DNA of 64,000 nucleotides from Callorhinchus milii (GCF_018977255.1 NW_024704743.1:84756001-84820000), one strand, 5' to 3'; shown: positions 13,196 to 26,574, counted from the first letter of the stretch. Program-made: numbers and translations. Notes: generated by a model from the letters alone, not told the origin.

Positions 13196-14333
13196 GTAGC
13201 ATATTACTACCATAACTCTTTTTACGCATAAATGATCGATTAATGGACCTGCATTCACTGGAAAGGGAACATTTTAAAGTTTACTAATTTATTGAAATGC
13301 CTTTACATCTTAATCTTTGTCCAGTCTCTTTCTATCCTCTCTTCATGTTGAATATAATAAGCTACCTGGAAAATGGAGCTAATGTCAGATGGAAATGGGC
13401 ACTGTATCAGTGTCCTCAACACACAGATTTGAAATGGTACTGTTGAAATAATGTATATTTCAATTGAAACAAACTTTGCAAGTTGAGTTTATCAGTAATA
13501 TTTATGATCTTTAATATGATCTTTTGTTGTAGAATCATTACTTCTATAAATATAGTTCCTTTGAACTTTGTTAAAAGTTTAATTTTGTTGAGCTTTCTTT
13601 CCATTTATTTATAAATTTAGGTCATTTAATATCTTTTCAAAAGTTATTGTCACATCAACAGTCACGACACATTACAGTAGATCCATGTTTCAACCAAAGA
13701 TCATTATTAAAAAAAAGTATTGATTGAAGCTCTAACAATTGCTTTGCATTCTGACGTCAAGCCTATATGAAATGTAAATGAAACATAACATTATTATTTT
13801 TCCAGTTTAAGAATCACATTTCAGATTAAAGCAAAAAGTGATGTCAGGATAACCCAGTTATTTGGAAATTAACTGATGTACAAATACATTGTGCTTTTGA
13901 ATATATATTTAGTTCTGGGATAACGCATTCTGAGTTTACCAATAATACAATGTGCCAGAAATCCTACCGTATAAAATGCATTTTTTAAAAAAACTTTCAG
14001 CAGAATAAGCTTGTGTGCTTGAAGAGAATCCAACTCTAGATATGCATTAGACGATTATTTTGCTTATGGAATTGAATTTTCCTCAGTAAATAGTAGGAAA
14101 TGCTGATACTTCTTGAAAGGTTTGTTCCATTTATAAATCACTGGAAGAAATATGAAATTCTTACATCTGAGAGAACAATGAGTTGTTTTCTTAAGCATAT
14201 GATAGAATAGTATTTTGGTTTAAACTACTACACTGAATTGTAAGTGACTGCAAAATATTGAAAGGTAAAGTCAAATGTGAATTGCGCAGAGTGCCTTAAA
14301 ATATATATGTAATTAGTGCTTTTTATTTTCAAG

Positions 14334-14428
14334 GCTCTTGCTTCGTTCGTACGGATCAACTTGATGGTGAAACAGATTGGAAGCTGAGGGTAGCAGTTTG
14401 TTGCACTCAAAGATTGCCAGCTTTGGGT
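14334..14428 (+). CDS. ATP9B: ATP9B internal coding exon (actuator domain, DGET motif); 95 nt
   Basis: Acceptor ttttcaAG, donor GTaagt. Translates (G)[31 protein letters not shown], matching the ATP9/Neo1 subfamily. VAV..TQ.LPALG is ATP9B-like rather than ATP9A-like. Confidence 0.97.
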
Positions 14429-16589
14429 GTAAGTAACCGTTATTTGTTTCTTGTTTATGAAATACCCTACATGACAATGTACTGCTTTAGCATGCTTTTA
14501 TATAGCCCTGAGAGCATTATAAAACTGAGGAATTCAGTGTAATTTGCATCACTGTCCTTTGGTTGGGATCTGTAATTGCTCTATCTATTATACATTTGTG
14601 ATATGTGGCTGAATACCCAAAGCATCAGGACTGGAAATAGCAAGAGAGAAGAGATGAATCAAAAAGTTGTTGTTATGGGACCCTATGCTTGTTTTTTTTT
14701 AGACAAAAAAAAATCCCTGTAGATTGCTGAAAGAAACATAGAGCATTTCTTTGTTCTGCAAATAACAAATTGGATGGGCCAGTTACTTTTCGGAATCTAG
14801 CAATTGCAGTGCAGGCGTTTCCCTAGGAGTTGATGTGTGGGGTCCATAGGACCTTTTTTTTGGTGTGGTCTGTGGAAGCGTAATATGCTGAATCTCCTTT
14901 CCTTGCTTGTGCATTTTGTTTTGAAAAACAAAAGCAGAATTGCTATGCTTCTGCAATAGAAACTTCTGTAGTGAAAAGCCACCCATAAATAATGGTGTCA
15001 GCTATGCAGCATGTGTTGCAGGAGGGTATCCTTCTAGTATTGAGAATGTATAATATTGCAAGATAGATTTTTTTCCCTAAACATCTGCAGTTAAAACACA
15101 GAATTTTATCACTAAGCTGTTAGAATTTAATTTTCAATTTTTTTTAAGCGATTTGCTTTTAAGCATTTAGCTATCAATAAAGCATCATGTAACTAACATT
15201 TGGGTTCAGGCTAATGTTTGGGTTCAGGTTCTGAAGCCTAAATATAGACTTAAATGGTATTCCTATTTTAAAGCTTATCTTTTGCTAAACAAATATGGGT
15301 GTCTGATTAAAACATTGATTACAAATATGTTACAGATCAAACATTTGAAATGTTTTAGGTAATGTGTTTTACAATCTGTACTAAAAAATAACAGTTTGTC
15401 CTTTGTTATCCCAAGCTACGTAACACTGGTAACTCCAAAATAGTAGCAGCTTTATGGGTTATTTGCTAATCAAAAGGTGATTCAGGGGTTTATATCATAA
15501 ATATTTAAGTACAGTTTATATAGTATAAATTATATAGTATAAACTGTATAAAGATGTAAATATTAGCTTGCTTAGATGTTTGAAAATTTATATAAGAATA
15601 GCATAAATCCTATGTGTAAGGCAAGATCAAATTGTGCTAAGGGTCTAATTGTGGGTGGTTTTCATTGCAAGTCACCCAAGCCATGACGCACCCAACATAG
15701 TTTCAAAAGAAACATTTTCCACATCTTGATAGTATTTCTACAGTTAGATAATATGAAGTGCTGTTCAGCAAAGGTTAAAGTTCAACTCAATGCTTAGGAC
15801 AATAATTACCTTTGAAACACTTTGAGGCATTTCAATATCATAGGTGCTATAGCAAATGCAAATTTATTATATCTGTGGTTTCATACTGACCAATGTGTTC
15901 CGCAAAGGATCTGCCATAGAGGACTTTTGCATTTTCAAGTCCTGAGACTAGAAAAATAGTTTCCATGGAAGTAACACTTTTCTACAGTACCATATTCTAT
16001 TTTCAGAATTAAAAATAAGTTAATTGGAAGTATAATGGTTATTACTGTTATAACAATAATAATTTCTTGCATTTGAGAAAGTGCTTTGTCGTGTTGTTGA
16101 AAAGTCCCAAAACACTTCAAAGGATTTACTATCAGTTAAGTTCTGCCTTCCTTGTGAAATATACGGATGTATCCATTTGTTTTTTGTCACAGTAGGGCTT
16201 GTCAAAATGAAATCTCAGACAAGTTGAATTAAAGCAAATGGTTAACCTAGGACTGAATTTTGTATTATTTATTGGCTAAATTCTCTGAAAATGTCACTGG
16301 ACTATTTTGATTTGCAGACCGATTCATTGATAGTTAGAACAATAGATGTAATTAACTTGCAAATTGTTCCTGAGATCTGCAAGAGAACAAAGGTGAAAAC
16401 TGGCCAAATAGCAAAAGAATATCTTGTATTGTAAATTGTAAACCCCATTGTAACTATTAATTTGTACATTTGGAAAATCCATCACATTATTTTATAAGAG
16501 TAAGTGATTCATTCTGGTCAAGCGTGTTAAGATAGTCTGACTAGAAACCTATACAAGGCATGACTTCTGGGTCTGGACTTGACAGGAGG

Positions 16590-16930
16590 ACTGTCGGATG
16601 GGTATTTTAGACGGATTAAAACAAATAATCTGAAGGTTTCTTCGTCCAAACCTTGTAATCGTGTATTTTGGCAATAAACAATATCCTGTTTGCTTTGTTT
16701 GTTGCTGCCTCACACTATTTTGATATGTTGAGCCTTGATTCAACTAACACCCCTTAGGTCTCTTTCAGCCTCTCCATTGGCAGGTTCTATTCATGGAGAA
16801 TACGGAGCCTCTGTTTTTTTTAAACTTCCTAAATGCACTACCTTGCATTTATCTGAATTAACCTTTGTTTGCCAGTTGTACATACACTATCAAGCTCTTT
16901 TTGTAAGGCTTTTTCTGCCTCCTCTGATTC
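16590..16930 (-). mobile_element. CR1 LINE RT fragment, decayed
   Basis: acaccccttaggtctctttc...cttcctaaatgcactaccttgcatttatctgaatta...tgccagtt (antisense W..FN.DKCKVVHLG motif). Confidence 0.65.
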
Positions 16931-18847
16931 TACAGTCTCTCCCAACATGTACTTCTCCTGCTGAAAGATGTACAGAACTGTATCCCAGTTTAAGAGAGAA
17001 CTACACAACATTGGGGGATGGACCCTAATATTTACTTACCAAATATCAAAGTTGACTCACTTCAAAGTGCATTGTCATACTTCAAACCCTGGCTGGCTTC
17101 CTGGATTTCTTTTTTAAAAAAGGCCACCTATTTGATCACCAGATAGATGCTCCATGCATTTTTTACAGGATTTACTTTAGTGTAGTGACTGTTCTAACAG
17201 GCAATAATTGTGTTCTTGTGTTCACTTGGAGTAGTTAAACTGAAGATCTGAGTAATAAATATTTTGTTTAATTAAATTTAGTATGTAAGTATTTGACCAG
17301 ACTTGTGTAAGAAAACTTAGTTTCCTAAGCGCTCCGGGACACTACCCCGCATGAAGGGCGCTATATAAATGCTTCTTGTCTTTTAAAAAATATTAAAGGT
17401 GAAGTATGATTTGAAGTTGATTCATAACTGTAATGACTGCAACAGGGGATTGCAAGGGTTTCTTCCAATGAGCAAATTTACAGAACCTTACTCAAAATGG
17501 AGAGGAATGGAAAGAAAATTAAACAAACTAAAATCAAATTTAAATTAAATTATTTTTACTTTAATCAAGCTATTTACGCTTTTTGATTTTGGTCATTGAA
17601 TATGCTTCAGGCAAAATACTTAAGGGGTGCAGCATAAAACCTTAAAATGTATTAAAGTATGCATAAGGATAAGTTATCCATCTATGGATTTTTTGTTACA
17701 TGGAGACAAAAACTATTGTGGAAAAAATGCTGGTGGTTTGTTTTCAACAGAAAATGTATTTTAATCCTATGAAAACCAACAACAAAGTTGAAGAACTGCA
17801 GCAAATGACAAATTAAGCTTCTGCAAAAACATATTGATCTGAGAATTTAAATAAATCAAGTATCTGGTTTTGCTTAGCATCCGAAATGTTCAAATGGACC
17901 TTAATTAAATTGGTAATTTGCAAAATCTTTTTTTAAATCTGATTTTACAAAGCTCCTGAACATGTGTTAGGTTTTTCTTTAAGCATCACAAAACTGAGTG
18001 TAATTACAGACTGAAGTTAAATGGAGTCACTTTTTATACACAGCATCAATGAAAACTGGTAGTTTCCAAATGGAGTAAAAAAGTTAATAGGTTTGCATTC
18101 AGTTACTGCGATTGAATTGGAACCACTTAAGAAATGGAAATGTGACCATTTAGTCATTTGTCTATAAGATAATATCATTAGTAAAGGGGAAGGTGCATAC
18201 TGTACCAACTACTGAGGAACATGATCCAAATTGCAGAAAATAAAATGTAATATGACACTCGCACTAAAATTGCTGTACGTTTACAATTTTAAAGTGGAGT
18301 TTAAATTTGTGTACATAACAGGTGTTTGCTTATCGTGATATGGAGAATAATCCATTTAAGCAGAGTAATTGAGGGGATCATGTGCTGCTTTAAAAACCTT
18401 CTCTTGCATTATAAAAATCATTTGGACCAGGTCTTTTAAAATACATTTTTCTTTCACTTGGAATCAACAAAACTGAGTTTTTGCAAACTTCTAAAGCTGA
18501 TTCCTTCAGCTTCCCATTCTCCCTGGCTCAGCCTTATGGTCTGCTATTTGTTTGGCGCTCCAATGTTGCCCTGAGGAAAGGTGCTATATAAATGCAGGTT
18601 GTTGATACTGAAGTATAGAATTAAAGAAAATGCAACAATTTTCTCAGAAGACCATGTAATTTATTGCATGTGGCACAAAAATGTTAAGTAGTTCTCCCAG
18701 AATGATTTGATACATTTCTAAATCAGTCCGACTGAAGATTTGATAAATTTCATAATCTGTAGGTTAGTTTTAATGATCTGAATTTAAAAACCTTCATAGC
18801 TTCCCAGTTTTGACGCTCTCTTGCTTCCCTTGTAACACGACTCAACA

Positions 18848-19008
18848 TTAATAATAATAATAATCCTTGCATTTGATATAACACTTTTCACGTCTTCTAG
18901 ACGTCTCAAAGCGCTTCACAGAATATACTGTAAAGTGAATTGACTTTATATTTGTGGGAGAAACGAGGCAGCTGATTGTGTATAGCAGTATCCCACAAAC
19001 AGTCGTGA
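18848..19008 (-). mobile_element. 5'-truncated young SINE tail
   Basis: (taa)n-tccttgcatttgatata...cgtctcaaagcgcttcacagaatatactgtaaagtgaattgac, nearly identical to 53372-53478. Confidence 0.9.
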
Positions 19009-19768
19009 ATTTGACCTCCATTGTTCTGGAGATCAAATGTTAGTGATGTAAGAAAAAAAAGTGTGCTCAGATTTTCTCGTCTTATCAATAGAATGGTGGC
19101 GCTGAAAAGCTTTGGACTGGCTTTTTGACCATGTGCTGAAGTGAGGGGGGAGAGGGAGAAAGGGGAGGAGAGGGGATTATTGAACCTACATCTTTGTTTA
19201 TAGACTCAGATGGTGCAATTGTTTAACACAATAGATTTTTTAACTGAAAAATATTGTATGTTTTATCCCTAGTTTTCTTAGTCTGCTTTAATATTGCATG
19301 TTTTAGCCCCCTATACTATAGTGCAATAGTGTCAAAAATTGTATCTCAATATTTAGATCACAATTTTTCTAGACAATCAACATTTTTTTCTTTTTTTGCT
19401 GCATATTATGTACCTACATTATGTACCTATTTCATTCTCATTTGACTAACTGCTGCAGGTGCATTTGGGCAACTCAGACTGAGAATGTGTAATGCAAATT
19501 ACTCATTCATATTTATTAGCACGCATTGGCATTGATATTTCGTTACATCAAATTTACTACTTAATGTTCTGATTGTGTAGTTTTGCTTTACTTCCAAAAT
19601 TAAATGTTGCATAATTAATTTTGGCTTTCTCAGTTTTATAAATGTTTGAACAAACAGAACTTAACTGCTGTTTAAAAATGGAGAGCTTGAACATTTAAGT
19701 AAATTAAAAGCTCCTGTTGCAAACACTGGGTCTGTTCAATTCATTCAGTAACTCTTCCATGTAAATGC

Positions 19769-19801
19769 AATGCCACCTACTGGACTTTCGTCAGAACAGC
19801 A
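19769..19801 (-). promoter_or_regulatory. Candidate CTCF binding site with upstream (ZF9-11) motif
   Basis: The minus strand reads TGCTGTTCTGACGAAAGTCCAGTAGGTGGCATT. The core fits CCASYAGRKGGCR and the TGCWGT upstream module is at the canonical spacing. Confidence 0.65.
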
Positions 19802-19985
19802 TGAATTTGATATTACAGATTCATTCTCCTATGCTGCAATTGTTAAACTTTATTGTCCGATTCTTTAAAACAGATTGAAACTGCATTGATCAAGATGTGT
19901 TATACCTTTGGCATTTTATACCAAAACATTTGTGGTCCACACCTAATTATGAGTATGCAAGATTAACTTGTCGTCTCACAGAGGG

Positions 19986-20112
19986 TCTAGGGGTCGATTT
20001 TCCGTTTAGTAAATTTACTGACCTTCGCAGTGTGCATAATGGATTTTTACATTATGAGCACACTCCGCCAAGGTCAGTAAATTTACCAACTAACGCAGAA
20101 TCGACCCCTAGA
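19986..20112. repeat. 127-bp near-perfect inverted repeat (foldback MITE-like)
   Basis: The left arm tctaggggtcgatt...gtaaatttactgacctt...gtgtgcataatg pairs with the right arm cattatgagcacact...aaggtcagtaaatttac...aatcgacccctaga. Confidence 0.85.
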
Positions 20113-22109
20113 TTTCAAATATACCAAGAACAAATCTTCTGATGTTTTTAATACTCTTAAGGATTAATGGTCAAGTACTGGAGAAGTGGTAGTATCCTTA
20201 CACATGTACATGCAAATTCAATTTTTTTTGTATGATACAATAAATATCAAATCAAATATGCAACAATATATGCTACTCATACTTGGCAGTCATTTCTCTG
20301 ATTTTTGTACCTATCTGATGTAATGGATTGTGGAATCTTATGTTGACATCAGCTGTCAGTGCCATCATCTGCTGAGTATTGTAACCTTATCCACTGTGAC
20401 ACCCAGAATAAATAAACCTGCAGACCTTTAGAGCTTTTCTTAAAGAAGAGATGACACCACTGAAGATGATCAGTTCAGATTTTGTTGTCTTCCCAAACCA
20501 CTTAATGTGATCAGAGAATTAAAATTTCAACAAGTCATTTAATGATAGCTGCACTGTGAGGACTGTAACACCCAGGTTAGGTTTCTTGTGGTTTCACAGT
20601 CATTTCTAGGGCAGGGCATTTTCTGGCAACATGCCCAGTCCGGGACATTCTCTTCATCTTGTGTGATCAGGAGAATTTATTACTTGTATGAAGTCACTGT
20701 AATTTGCAATGATTGATGCGCTGATTTATAATAAAAAGATCCATACTGTAGTAAACAATGCCATTTACATTTAATTAATTTTATTGAACTAGGGACCATT
20801 TTATTTGTAATGAACTCCCATGTTATGATTAAAGACATGTTTTAATGAGCAGTAAGTATGATGAACAGAAGTTGCCCTTGACCTGATTATTGTTTATTTC
20901 TAGAGTGTCAGTACCTTTTAAAATAATGAAACATGATTTGTGAACATGACGTGCAGAAATGCATGCTTTGATATTAACTGTTGCAATATGTAACGTTCTT
21001 CAATTAAGATGGTTGTTGATTGAATTGAAATGTAGTATCACATTTGCCAGATTCATTTGACATGTTTAAAACTATTCACAATTCTAAATGTTACTCTTTC
21101 TAGCCAAGGACTCTTCTTCCTTCCCATTTTTCACACCCTTTACACAGTAAACCAGTAATTATTTGCAGCACTTCTCTGACTAATATACTTTACTGACCAT
21201 CCAAATGATATTATGTTCAGGAGCTGCACCTTATTGGCTGAAATTGAAACCAGATCAAACTGTTGGAATGAGCTGGATGGACTAATTGGCCTTTTTTCAT
21301 TCTTATGTTTTTATGTTCTTACGAATAGGTTACTTACACATTCTGAGGCTTACGTTGTGTGACTAAGGTCCATTAATTGAGCAGGCTTCTGCACAAAACA
21401 AGTACAAGGTCACCTTAGATTATTGTAGTGCATTGCAACTTAAAACAATTGAATGAATGAAACCACTTGCTCTGAACAAGAATTTAGTGCTGTGGAATTA
21501 ATTGCTTGAAAAAAACTGTACATAAATCAGCATTTCTCAGATATAACCTGGACTTAAGTAGGGTAGCCTGCATTTCATATTTGGTTTGTAGCAGAAACCA
21601 TCAGCTGTAGCCTGACCAGAAATGTTAAATTTGAACATAATTTGAGTCAAAGGTTAATAGATATATTAGCAATATTTGTAAACCAAATTATTAACTTTTG
21701 AAAGGTAAATTGTTCAAGAACAAGTTACTGGTTTTATAGTTTATTGAAAGGGGAAACTTGCTTTGGATACAGACTTTAAAAAATCCTTTAATTAAATATT
21801 TTGTCTTCAATTGATTTATTGTTGATTAAATATGTGAAGCTGTGCTAAACCTTCAATAGACAGAGAAATGAATTTTGCACAAGTTTTCACAGAATGTACT
21901 GAAATACTGGGGCAATTTCTTTTTTCCTTTTCCGATTTTACTCATTTTCTCCTTTCTCCTCTTGTATTCTGGTAGTTTTTCCAATGTGGACGTTTTGCTC
22001 CTATGGTTTTCTGTTACTAGTTTTCTTATGTGGATCTCAACCATGAGAGTCAGTAGAATGTTATTCAGTAGGATTGTCACAGCTGAGCCTGATCCTCTGA
22101 TCCCAAGGC

Positions 22110-22318
22110 AATATTCAATCAGAAAGGAGAGTTTCTCCTGGTGTCCTGGCAAACAGTCTCCTAAATAAAAAGTGGCTGTTCATGTTATGGCTGTTTGTGG
22201 GACATTGTTGTGTGCAAATTGGCTGCTGTGTATGTCTACATGTATACAAGCATTACACTAAGTAAAAATCCTGTGAAGCACTTTGGGAGGTTCAACAATG
22301 TCAAATGCAAGGATTATC
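22110..22318 (+). mobile_element. Deu-type SINE 3' half
   Basis: gagtttctcctggtgtcctggcaaac...gggacattgttgtgtgcaaattggctgctg...gcaaggatta. Confidence 0.8.
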
Positions 22319-22766
22319 CAAGTGCTTTTTCAACTGGAGCACCTTAGTGGTGATCTAGGAGCAGAAATTGTTCAAAAGGTTTGTATGATTTAGTGCTGTA
22401 TAGATGGATTTACACATGGAGGCATCAGGGGAACTGCAACTGATTTGGATTTAGTATAATATTTAGCGGTAACAACTTTAGTTGACCTTTCTTAATTTTC
22501 TTCCAATTCAGATCTCCTTTAGGACTCCAAATGCAAAAAGCTTTGAACTCTCAAAATTTTACATTTGAATGTTCGTAAACTGGTCTAACAAGATTTCATG
22601 ACATCTCACGTCTTGTACCTTGTGTAGTGACACCTCACAGCATTCTGAGATGCTATCCTGCTTGAAGGGTGCTAAATACATGCAAATTGTTGCTGTTATG
22701 GCTACCCAGTTCTTATGTCATTGGTACTGGAAAGATTCAGAACTTTGCACCTATGAAAACATAAAT

Positions 22767-23100
22767 GTGGAGTTCTGTAGCTCAGCGGTTAGAGCACTCG
22801 CCTCACAAACGAGAAACTGGGGCTTGATTCCTGGCAGTGCGAAACTTTGGGCAAGTTTCCTCACTCCACATGCCTATTTACCTAGCAGTAAGTGGAAACC
22901 GGTTGTTAGCCGATTGGGAGATTGCTTTTCCGGGGGTAATAATTCCTTCAAAAAAAGATAACAAGTTGGTCACTCAATCCACGACTGTTTGTGGGACACT
23001 GCTGTGCGCAATTGGCTGCTGTTTGCCCACAAAATATACAGTCAATTCACTTTACAGTATATTCTGTGAAGTGCTTTGAGACATCTAAAAGATGTGATAA
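22767..23100 (+). mobile_element. tRNA-derived SINE of a second type (CORE-like middle, same 3' tail)
   Basis: A-box tagctcagcgg, B-box-like gcttgattcc, CORE-like tgggcaagtttcctcactccacatgcct, then the common tail gggacactgctgtgcgcaattggctgct...gtgaagtgctttgagac. Confidence 0.85.
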
Positions 23101-23705
23101 TGTTCAAATTTTGAGATGGTTTTCCTATAAAGCATAGGATTCCACTGCAATAATGCAAATCCAGATAATAGTCAGCATAAATGAAAAGCTAAGAGCAAAT
23201 CGAGCACAAAATCAGTGCCCAGTAATACTAGTATGGTATTTGGAGATGTAGAGATGGCATTTGGAATATTACCAAAAATAATCCTACGAACGATACTTTG
23301 CATTTTCTCCTATGAAGACACAAAAGTGGTCTTTTCCTGTGTTGACCTCAGACTTCACAGAATTGGAGAATCTTGTTCTTTGTTCTGATTCAACTGGTAG
23401 AACTGAATACTGGAGATGGAGCCTAATTCCAGATGAATTCCCCAAAATCCTCATGTCTTTAGAATAGTCTGTAAAGCTGGCATCTAGAGCCTTGGTTATT
23501 ATGAATGAGAATAGCTCATTATCTGACTTATTTGGGTTCTTAAATTTTTATTGTAATGGAAAGGAAAGCGTGGATAGTGAGAGAAAACGAGTTTTGAACA
23601 GGGCTTAATAAGCCTTTTATAGAATTCCTAAGTGTTTAAAGTTGAAGCACTATAACTTTCATACAGTATCCTAACAAGATAATCAGTAAATCTGTGTAGA
23701 TACAT

Positions 23706-24015
23706 ATTGTCTGCCACATTCTCGCCTCCGACTGTACCTTACGCAGCCAAAACACTTGTCCATGTGTTCGTCCTCTACCACCTCAAATATTCAAATGCCC
23801 TCTTCGCCTGTCTCCCCAGCTTCATCATCCACAAAATCCAGTTAATCCCAAACCGCACCGCCTGCTTATTCACCCGCACTAAATTCCATCCCCCCCATCA
23901 CATCAGGTCTAGCCAGGCTCCACTGGTTCCCTATCACCAAACAGATTGATTTCAAGATCCTCACACTCGTCCTCAGATCCACTCATATGAGCCCTGGCAC
24001 CTACCTATCTCTCCA
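23706..24015 (+). mobile_element. L2 ORF2 C-terminal fragment
   Basis: AAKTLVHVFV...YSNALFACLP...IHKIQLIPNRTACLFT, homologous to 32320-32620. Confidence 0.85.
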
Positions 24016-26574
24016 TGTGAAAGTCAGGTTAGGAACCTAAACATGAATGTTGTTTCTACTCGGAAAGGTGCTACCCCTCTTTCAAGGTCTGCCTTTGCTT
24101 GGCTACTTAGGATGACATTTAATGTGTTTATTAAAAATATAAACCTCCACACCTGACTTGTAAAATCAAGCTAAAGCTACCAAGCAAAGTAATTATACAG
24201 GAAGCATGTGGAATATTGAAAACTAGCTGAGGATGACTGAAATAATTCTTGAACAAGCAAGGACATGGTTTCCTCCATTTGGCTTACTAGTTTGGGGTTA
24301 AACCTGTTGTACAAAGTGTAGATTCACTTGCAGAATGAGGGTCAACTTTGCCACACATCATTTCTTTTCTCAGAATCAAATGTCCATTACCACCACATCA
24401 CAAGTTGCAGTGGAACAATATAGTAGGTCGAGATGTAGTTTCCGAGGTTTAGTCACAGTAATTGTCCGTTTCTGGCACCCTGCAACCTGAACTCTTACCC
24501 CAGTGACGCATGTTAAATTTGATAGGCACTCTATGGTTGACAGTACCTCATTATCTGGACTTGAGCATGTACAATATGTATATGCTAAAAAAATTATACT
24601 CGTTGCAGATTTATTGAAAAACAAAAATAAAACATTGAGATAAATGCACATTTTTACTGCAATAAAAGTGTTACAGAAACCATATTATTTGAATTTGCAC
24701 TGTTCGGGAAGGTTTGGAATCTAAAACAAACACCTATGGTGATTGAAGGGGGAGGAAGGTAGTGTTTTCCCTGCTGTACAATACAAACTGTCGTCATTAT
24801 TTTTGGTGTCTGGTATTCGTTTTCTACTGTATTATTTAGCTGTTAGAGACTGCTGTTGTTCCCACACAAAGCTCATATAATGGCCTAGATTATCTCAATT
24901 GTAGGTGATAACAGATGGGAAAGAAGTGAAGGATGAAGATATAGGACACCACTTGTGTATTAGTATCATATGAATTATTTCTTGTGAAACTGATGAAAGC
25001 TTGCTCTGGAGGACAAAATGTGATGAATGGATGTCGTGTGAATGCTTTTTTTAAAAAAAAAATCAAATCACAAATCGATTTGAGATGAGAATTACGATTT
25101 TTTTTTCCAACAGCAACTGCTTCAGAAAATTAGAATTGGATTTCCGAATGGTTTCTGATAAAGACCACTTAAATCTTCCCTTAACTAAAATGTTCATATT
25201 AGTTGTCCATATAATTGGTTTTACTTGTACTTTTAACTCATCAGAAACCATCTCTTGCTTTCTTATTCATGAGCCAAGCAAATTTATAATGCCTTTACCC
25301 TTGCAAATTGTCTCCCTCGTCTTAATTCAAGTCTTAATTTAAGACTGATGGCAAATGTGGCCAAAACGGGAGCTCCTTGTTAAATAATTGAATATCGTTG
25401 ATTAATTTTCTGTGCTCATGCTCTCTCTCGCGCTCTCTCTCTCCTTTCTTCCCCCTCCCTTCCCCTTTCCGATTAACAATCTTCCATGCAGTTAGCTGGC
25501 ATGATACTGCACGTGTATATATATATATATTTAATATATATATATTTTTACCTTGGTAGTGACCATGAGAATCAGTTGAACCAATTTTTTAAACATTTTC
25601 TCATCAGATACCACTTGTCACATGGCCACTTTGTTGTTTGTTGTCAGTGCAGTAATCAGCATCAACCTTTCATTATCTTACTAAATTGTTTTAAAAGTCC
25701 TTTAGCAACCAAAAAATTTAAAGAACCTTTAATCTTCTAAAACTATAAAATCGTAGACTCCTGACATAAGCTGTTTTTTTCAGTTGCCTACCATAATTTG
25801 CTTGTAGGCTCGAGCTAGCACAATAACTGCTGTTTGGCTACAGGGTAACCCATGTCCTGCAGAGTTGCGCTAACCAGAAATACCGTCTATCTGGCTTCCA
25901 CTGTTGATGAGCCGGTTCCCACGTTAAGAAACGATGCTCACGTCATGTGTTAATGCGTGTTAATTTGTGAAGGAAATGAGGTGACATCAGAGGCGCTTCG
26001 AGCACATAATACAATGCGCAGTGTACAGGAAGTGATATCGGTGGCAACCTGACGACCCAGAAGTTGGCTGTGTTTTTACTCTTAACTTACAGTCAGTGAG
26101 ATTGGTCTTGGACGACTGCCTAAAGAGGGTGGTGGGCTTGTATTAATATTGCACTGTATTAATACGAGGAGTGTTTGACAGATTACGTATGAAGTACTTT
26201 GAGATGTTTGGATATTAAGAATGCAAGTACTTTAATGATAATGATAATAATTCAGCAATTTTTTTGTCATTTGTGATTCCATTGGTTTTGATCTTTGTTT
26301 TATCATCTTGATTTAACACAGCTTTGTTAACATGCTTACATTCGAATAAAAATTATGTAGAAATTTCCAATTATCTGTGAGCTAGTAAAATATGTCAATA
26401 GAAATGTGAATTGATTGGCAGTGCTGACTAAGAAATACAGTCACTACACTAAACCCTGTGAAGAGCTTTGAGTTATCCTTCTGACATGAAAGGCACTGAA
26501 TCAAAATGCAAGCATTTTTATTTTAAGGGTTGGAAAATCAGACAAATTGACAAACTGCATATCTGCATCATATG

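Noticed and set aside
1..14333. Upstream ATP9B exon (expected NQRIP.DM.FLRTSEK-like)
   Set aside because: I could not find it by eye. It probably lies upstream of the window, which would make this whole stretch intronic.
15510..15548. AT-rich palindrome tacagtttata...tataaactgta
   Set aside because: Short and low-complexity; most likely a local slippage or template-switch product.
18848..19036. ORFs sharing the peptide [20 protein letters not shown] (also 53231-53539)
   Set aside because: These are translations of the same SINE tail, not a protein family.
21853..22168. Hydrophobic 97-aa ORF and overlapping antisense ORF
   Set aside because: T-rich composition explains the hydrophobicity, the ORF ends inside a SINE, and there is no splice or homology support.
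22776..22850. tRNA gene
   Set aside because: A- and B-box-like motifs are present, but there is no cloverleaf, and the sequence runs on into a SINE body.
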